DNA of 64,000 nt from Candidatus Multivoradales bacterium (lineage in GTDB: Bacteria > Acidobacteriota > Thermoanaerobaculia > Multivoradales > JAHEKO01): assembly GCA_965223155.1 (NCBI GenBank), contig CBDCVR010000014.1:640001-704000 (forward strand), given 5' to 3'. The position numbers and the translations under genes were made by a program. Positions 36,886 to 46,713 of the stretch are shown one piece after another; position 1 is the stretch's first letter; each line of letters starts with the position of its first letter. The notes beneath the pieces are model-generated. The model had not been told where the DNA came from. It saw only the letters and a program-made list of their open reading frames with translations, and did no database searches.

Positions 36886-39198
36886 GTGGTTGGCGATTTC
36901 CGTCTCGGAGACTGGGAGGTACGTCCCAGTCTGAACCAGGTGTCCGGGCCCGACGGACCCGTGCATCTCAATCCGAAGGCCATGGAAGTCCTGGTCTGTC
37001 TGTGCCAGGCCGGCGGCGAAGTGGTTTCGAAGGATGAGCTGATGGAAAGCGTCTGGCCGGAAACTTTTGTTTCGGATGCCGTCCTGACCTCGGCAATCTG
37101 GGAGCTCCGCAAGGCGTTCGGAGACAACGCCCGCAGTCCGGTCATGATCGAGACCATCCCGCGGCGCGGCTACCGGGTGCTCCAGACCGTCGTGCCCACC
37201 GGGAAAAAGGCACTGGCGACCCCGGACTCCGCGCACCCTAGCCGCCGAACCTGGCCGGTCTCTCGCTTGCGACTTCTGTTGGCCGCAGGCGGCATCGCGG
37301 CAGCCGTCGTCCTCTGGCGGTGGGCTCAGGCGCCGGATGCCCCCCGGCCGGCCGATCCAGCCCGGGCAACGGATCCGGCTCCGATTCCGATCGCGCTCCT
37401 CCCGTTTCAGAACAACACCGGCCTCGACAGTTTGGACTGGCTGGAAGAGGGCGTCCCGGACATGCTCTCCCAGGACCTGGGGCGCTCCGTGTATCTCGAA
37501 ATTGTGGACCCGGATACGTTGCCGCAGGTTCCAGACCTGGTCACCACCGGGCTGGCGTCCGATGGCGCTCTCAGCGACGAGAAGCTCCGCGAGCTGGGTC
37601 GGCACACGCGAGTCCGAGTCTTCGTGGGAGGCCGAATCCTGGGCACCACCGAAGAACTCAGACTGCTGGCTCGGATCCACGACAAGACCAAGTCGGGGGT
37701 CACCGTGGAACAGGCCGAAGGCGGCGGCGCCGACCAGATCTTTCAGCTCACCGACCCGCTAGCGACCGCCATCCGCATCTCACTCGAGATCGAGGCCCTG
37801 GGCGAGCCCGACTTCGTCGAGGGAATGGCCCGGACCAAGACCGATTCGGTCGTGGCCTACGAGCGCTATGTCGCCGGCCGGCGCGCCCAGGAACGCCAGC
37901 TCTACGCCGACGCCATCACCTACCTGCAGGAAGCCATCGAGCTGGATCCCGCCTTCGCGCACGCCTACGATCTCTTGGCCAACGCCTACGACATCGTCGG
38001 ATCCGACCGCATGGCTCTCGAGTCCATCAACCGAGCCATCGCCGCGGCCGACCGCCTGCCCGAGTTGGAACGGATCCGTTTCGAGCGGCGCAAGGCGCAG
38101 ATCGAAGGCGACCTGGAAGCCGAGCTGAGCCACCTACGGCGGCTGGTGGCAATGCGACCAAACGAAGCCTCGATGCATTTCCGGCTCGGCTGGTTTCAAC
38201 ACATTCACCTCAAGAACTGCGAGCGCAGCCTGTCGAGGTACCGCCGGGCTGTAGAGCTGGAGCCGGTCGCCAGGCCGCTCTACTACTCCTATCTCGGGGA
38301 GGCGTACCTGGCGTGCGGCCAGCCCAAGGCGGCCGTGACCTCGTTTGCCCGCCACTTCGAGCTTTCTCCTGACGACCCGGCCGCCGCCCGCAATCTTGGG
38401 CATGCACTGCTCCTGGTCGGGGATCACGGCGGCGCCAGGACCCATCTCAACACCGCTCTCGAGCTGCAGCCGGGCTATTCACCGGCCCTGGCCAATCTCG
38501 GCGACCTGGCTGCTGCTCAGGGCTCCGAACGAGAGGCGGCCCGCCGCTACCGGGAGTTCCTTGCCCGAGCGGTGGGCCCGAGCGCCGAGCTCATGGCGCA
38601 CCTGAGGCTGGCCGGTCTCTTCCTGGAGTTGGGCGATCCGGAAGCCGCCGCCACCCATATCCAACACGCTCTCACTGTCGACCCCCAGTCGATTCAGGGG
38701 CAGGCGGCTTCCGGACTCCTAGCGGTTCACTTGGGCGACCTGGCCTCGGCGGAGGCCGAAGCGACCGCGCTCGAAGACCGCCTCGCCGATCGATCCAGCC
38801 GCCGGGAATGGGAGCTCGCCCACCATCTGCGTGCGAGGATCGCTCTCGCTCGCGGCGATTCCGCTGCGGCCGCCGAGGCTCTCACCCGGGCCCTCGCCAA
38901 CCGGCCCATCGACCGTGCCTACTACCTCGCGGCCCTGGCCGAAACCCATGCCTCCGGAGGACGATTCGCCGAAGCCGAGGCGACCTTTCGCAAGGCCCTC
39001 GGCGTGAACCCGCGCTCGGTCCGGGCTCGTTGCGGCCTCGCGGTCTCACTTGCCCGGCAGCATCGAGCTTCGGCCGCACGTCGGGCCTACGACCGGTGCA
39101 CCTCAATGTGGCAGGGAGGCCGAACCGGTTGGCTTCCGGCCTGGCTGGTGGAGGCTCGGTCCGCCGCCGGTACGGCCGCCGTGGACTCCGATCCCTAG
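36886..39198 (+). CDS. CadC-like membrane regulator: winged-helix DNA-binding domain, TM, TolB-N-like region and TPR
   Basis: PKAMEVLVCL...VVSKDELMESVW...IETIPRRGYR (OmpR-type wHTH), TM helix, ALLPFQN and TPR repeats. Confidence 0.88.
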   Translation: MVGDFRLGDWEVRPSLNQVSGPDGPVHLNPKAMEVLVCLCQAGGEVVSKDELMESVWPETFVSDAVLTSAIWELRKAFGDNARSPVMIETIPRRGYRVLQTVVPTGKKALATPDSAHPSRRTWPVSRLRLLLAAGGIAAAVVLWRWAQAPDAPRPADPARATDPAPIPIALLPFQNNTGLDSLDWLEEGVPDMLSQDLGRSVYLEIVDPDTLPQVPDLVTTGLASDGALSDEKLRELGRHTRVRVFVGGRILGTTEELRLLARIHDKTKSGVTVEQAEGGGADQIFQLTDPLATAIRISLEIEALGEPDFVEGMARTKTDSVVAYERYVAGRRAQERQLYADAITYLQEAIELDPAFAHAYDLLANAYDIVGSDRMALESINRAIAAADRLPELERIRFERRKAQIEGDLEAELSHLRRLVAMRPNEASMHFRLGWFQHIHLKNCERSLSRYRRAVELEPVARPLYYSYLGEAYLACGQPKAAVTSFARHFELSPDDPAAARNLGHALLLVGDHGGARTHLNTALELQPGYSPALANLGDLAAAQGSEREAARRYREFLARAVGPSAELMAHLRLAGLFLELGDPEAAATHIQHALTVDPQSIQGQAASGLLAVHLGDLASAEAEATALEDRLADRSSRREWELAHHLRARIALARGDSAAAAEALTRALANRPIDRAYYLAALAETHASGGRFAEAEATFRKALGVNPRSVRARCGLAVSLARQHRASAARRAYDRCTSMWQGGRTGWLPAWLVEARSAAGTAAVDSDP

Positions 39199-39390
39199 GC
39201 GAATCGCTCCAGCGTGTAGCGGGCCACCCCTCGAGGGCAATCGAAGTTCACCGCGCGGCGGAGCCCCGCCCAGACGGCCGGTACGACCACTTCGACGGCG
39301 CAGGGCCTCAGGGACCCGGCGGCCTCCCTCTCCGTGATGAATTGACAATAGGCGGCCTCGGTTCGGAGAGGTCGAAACCAAGGGCCAGCG

Positions 39391-39433
39391 TTTCTTTAGA
39401 TTGCTCTGAGGTTTCTTTCAGGACCTTTTGAGG
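39391..39433 (+). promoter_or_regulatory. Four direct repeats at exact 11-bp spacing; putative operator
   Basis: TTAGA at 39396, TGAGG at 39407, TCAGG at 39418 and TGAGG at 39429, each preceded by a pyrimidine-rich tract. Confidence 0.6.
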
Positions 39434-39608
39434 ACACGGGCCGCAGTTGCTGGTTCCCTGGCGCCGTGCCCAGCAACCGACCAACCCGGCCGCGAGTCGC
39501 CGACCTCGACTCCAACGTACTTCGGCGCGCCGCGCTGGCGTCCAAAGGTAGGACGGCGACACGCGCAGGCCGCATGGAGTGGGCCGCATCTAGCTAGGAG
39601 GACTCGCA

Positions 39609-41543
39609 ATGCCCGGAACCGCCTGCCACTTCACCATCCTGAATCAGCTCCGCGCCGAGCTACCCAATCACACCGGCCTTGCGGACGTTCGGAACGCGAT
39701 CGAGGCTCATCCCGAGTGGGCGCATCTGGGCGCCGTGGGACCGGCGCTAGCCGACTTCATGCCGGGAACACGCGGAACCAATCCTTACGTCGACATCTGG
39801 TCCGAGGTCTTCAGCCTCATCGGCGACGGAATGCGGGTCGACAAGGGCGCCCTGACCATCGTCCGGGAAGTCAAGGCTTTCTTGGAGGCCGCTGACCCGA
39901 TCCTGGCCGCCGAGGACGAGGCGGCCCTAGAAACGCTGGACTTGGACACGGTCAAGAACGTCGGCGACGACCTTCAAGCAGTCTTCGACCAGATACAGCC
40001 GGTGGCCCTGTCGATCGGCGCCAACATCCTCGCGAACATGCGTCCGGCCGTCAATGTGGGCAAGGGCAACCCCGTACCGCCGTCCCAGTTCTGGCGGCTG
40101 CGCGAGTATCTCTTCTGGAAACGTCCCGGCACCTTCACCAAGACCCTGGTCCAGAAGATGACAGGGAGCGGCGACGCTCGCTTTGAAGCCTACGCCTACG
40201 GCTACCTCATGAGCTATGCCGCCAACGTCACCGGCAGCCCCTTCGTCAACTCGAGCATCGGCGCCCCCTACCGCAATCACTGGTGGCGCTTCCGGTGGGT
40301 TAACAACTACATCGATGCCTGGGTGTTCGGGAAGTACGGGGCGAACGCCTCGATGGGCGGACCGACGGGCGACGACCCGGCCCCGCCGTACGGCGACTGG
40401 CCCAGTCTCTGCGACGCCAACCTACACGACGCGATCGCCCTCGCTAGCCATGACGAGGCCGACCTGATGATCAAGGTGTTCAAGGGCGAGACCCTCTCGA
40501 GTTCCTCGAGCGCTCCCCTGCCTGCGCAATTCACACAGCTCTGGATCGACGCCTTCGACGAAGCCTACGGTTCCCCGCCGGCGCCGATCCGAGACATCGT
40601 GACCGCCCAGAATCTCAACGACGCCTACCTCCTGACCTGGCTCACTCTCTGGTTCCAGACGGGTAGTGACAGTCTCGGTTGCAATCCTGCACCACCACTC
40701 AGCCCACCTACCGATTGCGGCGCCGAGCCTCCATGGGTCTCCCCCGCCGTGTCGGGGTCCGGAACCTCGGTAAGCGTGCCGACCCCGGAGACTCCCGAGA
40801 TCGAGAACGATCCCGACGTTGCCCAGATCATTACCGGCATCCTGCTGGCCCTACTGGGCGCAGGAGCCATCTTTGCCGGCAACCTGGCCGCCGGCGGAGG
40901 GCTGCTGGCTCTCGGCATCCAACAGATCATCGACGGCGCCATCGAGCCCGACTGGGACCTCTTGCGTTGCTACTCACACTGGTACAAGTGGTACCTCCAC
41001 AACGCCTTGAAGGCCCTCCACGAGATTCTCTCGGTCACGGCTTTCCGGCACCCGGCGGCCGCGGAGCTGGCGTCGCCCACGACCATGAGCGCCTTCTTCC
41101 CGGGTTTCGTCGACCCCTACGACTCGGGCAGAACGGTGACGCGGTCGCGCCGCCTGATCAAGGCTCTCGGTGTCGAAGGCAGTTACCCGGCACCGGCCTG
41201 GACCGGCGGCTTCGATTGGATGAATCGGCCCACGGGTCTTGAGCAGCCCTCGACCACCGCCTATCTGACCCAGGCCTATCCGGACTTCTTTGTCGATTCA
41301 ACGGCCAATCCGTTGAGCGGCGGCGAAGTTCGACTCGGCGGCGTCTGGCCGCTCCGCATTGACGCCTCGGGAACCGAGGTCCAGTTCGGCAACGCGGTCG
41401 AGAACGCCATCGACCTCTATTCCCATCTCGGCGACGACCTTCCCAACTGGAACCTCGACGCCGACCGCGGTCTCGCCTACCACGCCTGGCAGTTCCTGGC
41501 CGACATCTACAGCGACCCGATCGGCATCGAGCCCGAAATCTAG
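39609..41543 (+). CDS. Zinc-dependent phospholipase C-like protein with degenerate metal ligands
   Basis: MPGTACH, HLGAVGP, AYAYGYLMSYAANVTGSPFVN and HWWRFRWVNNYIDAW; AGGAGG RBS. Confidence 0.6.
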   Translation: MPGTACHFTILNQLRAELPNHTGLADVRNAIEAHPEWAHLGAVGPALADFMPGTRGTNPYVDIWSEVFSLIGDGMRVDKGALTIVREVKAFLEAADPILAAEDEAALETLDLDTVKNVGDDLQAVFDQIQPVALSIGANILANMRPAVNVGKGNPVPPSQFWRLREYLFWKRPGTFTKTLVQKMTGSGDARFEAYAYGYLMSYAANVTGSPFVNSSIGAPYRNHWWRFRWVNNYIDAWVFGKYGANASMGGPTGDDPAPPYGDWPSLCDANLHDAIALASHDEADLMIKVFKGETLSSSSSAPLPAQFTQLWIDAFDEAYGSPPAPIRDIVTAQNLNDAYLLTWLTLWFQTGSDSLGCNPAPPLSPPTDCGAEPPWVSPAVSGSGTSVSVPTPETPEIENDPDVAQIITGILLALLGAGAIFAGNLAAGGGLLALGIQQIIDGAIEPDWDLLRCYSHWYKWYLHNALKALHEILSVTAFRHPAAAELASPTTMSAFFPGFVDPYDSGRTVTRSRRLIKALGVEGSYPAPAWTGGFDWMNRPTGLEQPSTTAYLTQAYPDFFVDSTANPLSGGEVRLGGVWPLRIDASGTEVQFGNAVENAIDLYSHLGDDLPNWNLDADRGLAYHAWQFLADIYSDPIGIEPEI

Positions 41544-41560
41544 CGCAGGGGACCAGCACC

Positions 41561-42874
41561 ATGAAAGACGACGACGCCACACGCGACTCGCAAGCGCCGG
41601 AAGACCACGACCCGCGCGGCGGCGATCCCGACCGAGACCCGGACGATCGCGAGCCGACGCGTGAATTCGATGAAGAGGCCTGGCGCAAGCGACGCCGTCG
41701 CCACCGCCGTGAGGTCGAGAAGGGCATCCGCGATGCTTGGGACAATCCCGATGACCAGGAGCGCCCCAGGTACACCCCATGGCTGGTCATCCGCTACGCC
41801 GCCGGGGACTATGGCTTTCGGCCGATTCCAGGCGGCACCAACTACTGGAAGTCACCGGATATCTGGATCGAGTCGAGCAACCCGAGCGGTAACGGCGTTG
41901 CCGGCGAAGACAACTTCGTCTGGGTCCGCATCTTCAATCTGGGCATGGCGCCCTCGGCCCCCGTCAAGGTGGATTTTTACTGGGCCAATCCGGCGCTCGG
42001 CCTGGGAGCCGCCAACATGAATCTCATCGGCACGGAATGGACCGATGTCCCCTCGCAGTCATTCCGCGAGGTCCGATGCAACTCGGCCTGGGTCCCAGTG
42101 TTCGTCAACAACGGACACGAGTGCCTCAAGGTCAACTGCACGGACCCGATCCTCGACCCGATTACCGCACCTTTCCAACCCAAGCTGGACCGCCACGTGG
42201 GACAGCGCAACGTCACCGTCCTTGAAGGAGCCGCGGGCGCGCGCATGAAGTTCGACCTCGAGCTCAATAACTTCTTGCCGATTTCCGCCAGGATCGAAGT
42301 CCTGGCTGGGGGCGGTCTTTTCCGGATCCCGGCGCGCGTCGCAGAGACCCTGACGATTCCTCGGATCGTCAACGAGGTCGTGGCATTCGGCGCCACCATC
42401 CCGACTCCCGAGCAGATACTCCACAGCCTCGAGCCGGGGACTGCCGCCCACCGCAACGCGACCGTGACGGCGCGCCTTGCCGCCCGGCGTCACCCGAATA
42501 CCGCCGACCGGCAACAGGGCGAAACCTCGGGGATCCGCCTCCTGCGGTCGGCACCGCGATTGGCAGCCTCGATCTCGGAGTCGCGCACCGTCCTGCTCGC
42601 CAATGACCAGCACGAGCCCCCCGGCACCGCGTTGCAGCAATTGACGAGGAAGACCGGCTCGTGCGCCGGCCTGGACGCCCTTGGCAGACGCAGGCTCGAG
42701 ACGATCGAGATGCAGGCCTACGAGGGGCGCCGGCTCGATCTCGAGCTTCAGGTCCCGGACGATGCGCGCCCCGGCGACCTCGTGCTCTTCGAGTTCGCCC
42801 AGCAGAGCCACGGCGTAGTCCTAGGCGGCTACGCCGTGGTGATCCACGTCACCGAAGACGCCCAACCCGGATAG
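41561..42874 (+). CDS. Hypothetical protein with an Ig/CARDB-like beta domain
   Basis: YWKSPDIW, NFVWVRIFNLG, VDFYWANP, GHECL and HVGQRNV motifs; codon usage looks coding. Confidence 0.6.
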   Translation: MKDDDATRDSQAPEDHDPRGGDPDRDPDDREPTREFDEEAWRKRRRRHRREVEKGIRDAWDNPDDQERPRYTPWLVIRYAAGDYGFRPIPGGTNYWKSPDIWIESSNPSGNGVAGEDNFVWVRIFNLGMAPSAPVKVDFYWANPALGLGAANMNLIGTEWTDVPSQSFREVRCNSAWVPVFVNNGHECLKVNCTDPILDPITAPFQPKLDRHVGQRNVTVLEGAAGARMKFDLELNNFLPISARIEVLAGGGLFRIPARVAETLTIPRIVNEVVAFGATIPTPEQILHSLEPGTAAHRNATVTARLAARRHPNTADRQQGETSGIRLLRSAPRLAASISESRTVLLANDQHEPPGTALQQLTRKTGSCAGLDALGRRRLETIEMQAYEGRRLDLELQVPDDARPGDLVLFEFAQQSHGVVLGGYAVVIHVTEDAQPG

Positions 42875-42919
42875 ACCGTGGCCAGGCGCCAAACGAGTCA
42901 CTCACAAAGGAGGTCAACA

Positions 42920-43342
42920 ATGGAACCGACAGGAATGCGGACGCTGATGGCACGGATCGTACTCGCCGCGGGCGCGATCCTGGTGCCGGCCACCGTCCTG
43001 GTGTACTGCGGAGGAGGCGGCGGCAGCGGCAGCAGCGGCACGCCGCCCAGCGGTCCGGCGGAGACGATTACCCAGTGCTGCAGCTCTGGCACGCCGACCG
43101 GCTATTTCAAGATCAACGACAGCTGGAGTTCCACGTCTTGCGGCAGCCCCAGCTCGATCACCTACAACGTCTGCACCTACCGACTCTGGCAGGGCAAGCC
43201 GGTCAATACCACCATGACCATCTGTGCAGGCCAGACGCTTCCGGGCGGCTGGGGTCAGATCAACAGCAACTGGAACCCGACCGCCTGCGGTCATCCCTCC
43301 TCTATCGTGGACAACATCTGGACGGTCCGGCGCAATTTCTGA
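42920..43342 (+). CDS. Small Cys-rich secreted protein or lipoprotein with two internal repeats
   Basis: AAGGAGG RBS; hydrophobic leader ending VLVYC, Gly/Ser linker and 7 Cys. Confidence 0.8.
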   Translation: MEPTGMRTLMARIVLAAGAILVPATVLVYCGGGGGSGSSGTPPSGPAETITQCCSSGTPTGYFKINDSWSSTSCGSPSSITYNVCTYRLWQGKPVNTTMTICAGQTLPGGWGQINSNWNPTACGHPSSIVDNIWTVRRNF

Positions 43343-43506
43343 CCGACGCCGGGACAACGCGGGTGGCGCTCTAGCCGGCACCGCCCGGTGACAGGCAGGC
43401 AAGGGAGACCGCGGAACGAAGTGACGAAGCGCTTGCCTCCTAGCCGTTCTTCGCCTGCACGGGAGGCTCCTGCCGGCTCGGGTCGCCCTCGCATGCTGGC
43501 CCCGGC

Positions 43507-44358
43507 TTGGGGTCACGTCCTGGAGACCGGACACTGAGGCAAACATACCCACTTGCCGAGCGATCGAGCGCGACCCTGGCCGGTACGGCCTCTCACAGGA
43601 ACGGACCAAGCGTCTGGGGCGTAGCGGGTCTGGCTCGCAATTCCTTCGCCGACCTCCGCTTCGTCGGGGGTACCCTCTGGGTCGCGCTCTCCATTCTCAT
43701 CGTCGAGCGCATCGGCTGGCAGCGCCCGTTCCTGCTCTGGTGGATGGAGACTCAAGCCGAGACTGCCTGGGGAGCGCGGCTTCCGCTCTGGGACGGCGAG
43801 CGCCTCGAGCTGGCGGCCTACGCCTGGCACGCCACCGCCTGCTTCGTCGTATGGCTGGTCGTTCCACTCGCCGGCGCTCTTGTTGCCTGCAGCGGCAACC
43901 AACTCTGGAAACGGCTGCGATCCTTCGGTCTGGGCGGTCCCCGAGGCGCGTGGTTCGCCCCCGTAGTTGCTTGCTGGTCGGCCTTGCTGCCCCTCCTCTG
44001 GTTCGCCAGCCGGCGGCCCGGCCTGCGAACGCTCTATCCCGTCATCGAGCCAAGCCTGTCCGCCTCCTGGCTCAGCTATGTGGCAATCCTCATGGTCACC
44101 TTGTTGACCGTCGAGTTCTTCTTTCGGGGATTCTTGCTCTTCGGCCTGACGTCCCGTTTCGGCAACGTAGGTGTCTGGCTGATGACGGTTCCGTACGCCC
44201 TGATTCACCTGCACAAGCCCCCTCTCGAAGCATTCGCTTCGGTGCCCGGCGGCGTCGCGCTCGGAATCCTGGCGCTCACGACTGGCTCGATCTGGCCCGG
44301 TCTCGTTCTGCATCTGGGAGTCGCCTTGACGTTGGAGATCTTCAGCTCGTGGGCGTAG
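43507..44358 (+). CDS. CPBP (Abi/CAAX) intramembrane glutamic protease
   Basis: TVEFFFRG, YALIHLHKP and TGSIWPGLVLH motifs; multiple TM helices. True start is probably downstream. Confidence 0.85.
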   Translation: MGSRPGDRTLRQTYPLAERSSATLAGTASHRNGPSVWGVAGLARNSFADLRFVGGTLWVALSILIVERIGWQRPFLLWWMETQAETAWGARLPLWDGERLELAAYAWHATACFVVWLVVPLAGALVACSGNQLWKRLRSFGLGGPRGAWFAPVVACWSALLPLLWFASRRPGLRTLYPVIEPSLSASWLSYVAILMVTLLTVEFFFRGFLLFGLTSRFGNVGVWLMTVPYALIHLHKPPLEAFASVPGGVALGILALTTGSIWPGLVLHLGVALTLEIFSSWA

Positions 44359-44359
44359 G

Positions 44360-45883
44360 GTGATCGCCGCCTTGCGCAATCTGCTGCGCGAGCTCGACGC
44401 CAGCGTTTCTCCCGGACCGATCCGGATCTTCCGAATCGTAGCCGGACTGCTGGTCTGCACGTACCTTCTCCACCTCGCATGGCTGGCGCGCGACTTCATC
44501 CTCCAAGACGGCCTGCTCGATCACGAGCTGAGCCGCCGCCTATACTGGTTTACGAAGCTTTCGATACTGCCAGCCGGGATCCCCGACTCGGGCCTCCGGC
44601 TGGTGCTCTTGGGCGCCTTTCTCCTTTCGGTTCTCATAACCGTAGGCGTGCGCACGCGGTGGGCGGCCTTCGGCTGCTTCGTGTTGACCGTCTCGCTCCA
44701 GCGCTGGATCTTCGTCGTCTACTACGTGGATGACGTTGCGATCCAACTGGTTCTGTTCTGGCTCATCCTGCTTCCCGACGCCAACTCCAGCTCGCCGCCT
44801 TCGTTGGAGGTCGGCAGAGCCAAACCACGACAAGAGGTTCCGGGCCTGCGCGTCCGCCTGTTCCTAGCGAATGTACTTCTCGTCTACTTGGTGGCTGGCC
44901 TTACCAAGCTAGCGAGTCCCATGTGGCAAGACGGGACCGCCCTCTATGCCGTTCTGCGCCTCCCCATCTCCCGCTTTCCGGACTTCTGGCGTCCCGAGTG
45001 GTTGCCTGCGCTTCGGGGCCTCAGTCACGCCGCTCTGGCCATCGAGATTGCCATCCCCCTGTTGCTGACCCTGCCGAGGCGACTGGGCTGGCGACTCCTA
45101 GGTCTGGCACTCCAGATCGGGTTCCACGTAGGCATCGTCATCGCGATCGGAATCCCGTTCGCCAACCTTGCATTGATCGCAACCTCGATCTTGTTCTTCC
45201 GGAACGAGGTTGCCGTGATCGAAAGCGGCTTGAGAAAGGACCATCCCACGCCGCCATTGGCGTACGGGCAGGGACGGCTCCTGCCATCATCGTCCTACCC
45301 GCAGGGCGGGATCCATAGCGGCCCTCTTGGAAACGGCCTGGCCGTGGCTACTCTGACCGCTCTTGCCGTCTCGGCCCTGAGCCGCATCGCGATCATGCGG
45401 CCGGCCGTGATCGCGGCGTTCGCGCTCCTCTGGAGCCTCGGTCTAGCTCAAAACTACCGCCTGTTCGACTGGATCGACTCGCGCAACTACCACCGATCTC
45501 TCCAGGTCTCGACCTGGTCACAGACGGCGGGAGCCAGCGAACTGCCGGCCGAGAGCTTTCTTCCCAGCGGCGTTCGCTACCGCCTGTTGGAGATGAACCT
45601 GTACGACATGGTCTGGCTCCCCGGGCGTGACGAGTCTCTGGCAGACGATCTCAAGTGCTCTATCGTGACCCGCGCCGCCCGGCGCTTCTGCCACCGGCAC
45701 CAACTTCCAACCTATGTCGAGGTGACAGCGCATCTTGCCCGCCTCGAACCCGGCAATCTAGGCGCGCAACGCGCCTCGAGCAAGTCGGTGGTGGCCTTCG
45801 AGTGCGCGGGCGGAACTCTCAAGATGCTCGACCCGCTGCTCGATCTTGTCGGGTCCGTCCGAACCTGCAAACGCGAGATATGA
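44360..45883 (+). CDS. HTTM domain membrane protein (SdpB/VKGC-like)
   Basis: IRIFRIVAG, YLVAGLTKLASPMWQDGTAL, AIEI and IGFHVGI..IGIPF; C-terminal QNYRLF segment and a 4-Cys domain. Confidence 0.8.
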   Translation: MIAALRNLLRELDASVSPGPIRIFRIVAGLLVCTYLLHLAWLARDFILQDGLLDHELSRRLYWFTKLSILPAGIPDSGLRLVLLGAFLLSVLITVGVRTRWAAFGCFVLTVSLQRWIFVVYYVDDVAIQLVLFWLILLPDANSSSPPSLEVGRAKPRQEVPGLRVRLFLANVLLVYLVAGLTKLASPMWQDGTALYAVLRLPISRFPDFWRPEWLPALRGLSHAALAIEIAIPLLLTLPRRLGWRLLGLALQIGFHVGIVIAIGIPFANLALIATSILFFRNEVAVIESGLRKDHPTPPLAYGQGRLLPSSSYPQGGIHSGPLGNGLAVATLTALAVSALSRIAIMRPAVIAAFALLWSLGLAQNYRLFDWIDSRNYHRSLQVSTWSQTAGASELPAESFLPSGVRYRLLEMNLYDMVWLPGRDESLADDLKCSIVTRAARRFCHRHQLPTYVEVTAHLARLEPGNLGAQRASSKSVVAFECAGGTLKMLDPLLDLVGSVRTCKREI

Positions 45884-46713
45884 ACCCTACGTTGCAACTC
45901 GGCTTCTTGACCCTCCACGGATACGGCCTGGCCATCGGGCTGGGCGCTCTCCTTGGTTACCGGGTGATCCAGGTCCAAGCCCGACAGCACGGTCCGAGAT
46001 CCCTGGAGAGGCAGCTGCTGCCGCTGGCCGTGGTGGTTGCGGTCGCAGCCGCCGCCGGCGGCCGCCTTGTCTTCCTGGCATTCGATCCGGGTGGCGCCGG
46101 CCTGCGGAGCGGTCTGGTCGCCGGACAGGGCTTCGTCTTCTACGGCTCGCTTCTCTTCTCCCTGCCGGCTCTGTGGGTCTATCTCCACGTGCGGAAACTG
46201 CCGGTCCTGCCTTCCCTGGACGCGATCGCTGTCGGCATTCCGGTGATCCACGCGATGGGGCGTCTCGGCTGCTTCCTGGCCGGGTGTTGCCACGGAACGG
46301 CCACCGACCTACCGTGGGCGGTTACCTTCCGGAATGGCCACGGTGTCAACGGCGTGCCTATCCATCCCGTCCAACTCTACGAGGCTGGAGGCAATCTGCT
46401 CTTGTTCGTCTGGCTCTCGTCCGAGCGGCGCAAAGTCCGTCCTCCTGGATGGATCCTGACAACCTACGTTGCGCTCTATTCGGCCCTGCGCTTGGCGACC
46501 GAGTTCGTGCGTGGCGATGCCCGAGGGCTCCTGACCGACTGCGCCACACCCTGGACTCCGGGCTCGCCGGGATGCATTCCGAGTCTGGCTCAGGGAGTTT
46601 CCGTCGCACTACTTGCTCTCTCTTGCCTTGCATTCTGGTACCTGGACCGCCGGAACGCTCAAGGGCGTCCCGGCACCAACCTCTCACTCCGAGAAAGGAG
46701 ATCATGGCCATGA
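45880..46713 (+). CDS. Prolipoprotein diacylglyceryl transferase (Lgt) family protein
   Basis: GGRL, GFVFYG, GRLGCFLAGCCHG, HPVQLYE and RLATEFVRGD; ATGA-coupled to the HTTM gene. Confidence 0.88.
   Translation: MNPTLQLGFLTLHGYGLAIGLGALLGYRVIQVQARQHGPRSLERQLLPLAVVVAVAAAAGGRLVFLAFDPGGAGLRSGLVAGQGFVFYGSLLFSLPALWVYLHVRKLPVLPSLDAIAVGIPVIHAMGRLGCFLAGCCHGTATDLPWAVTFRNGHGVNGVPIHPVQLYEAGGNLLLFVWLSSERRKVRPPGWILTTYVALYSALRLATEFVRGDARGLLTDCATPWTPGSPGCIPSLAQGVSVALLALSCLAFWYLDRRNAQGRPGTNLSLRERRSWP

Noticed and set aside
39342-39347. Perfect TTGACA -35 box upstream of the accessory operon
   Set aside because: No TANNNT -10 element at 16-18 nt spacing.
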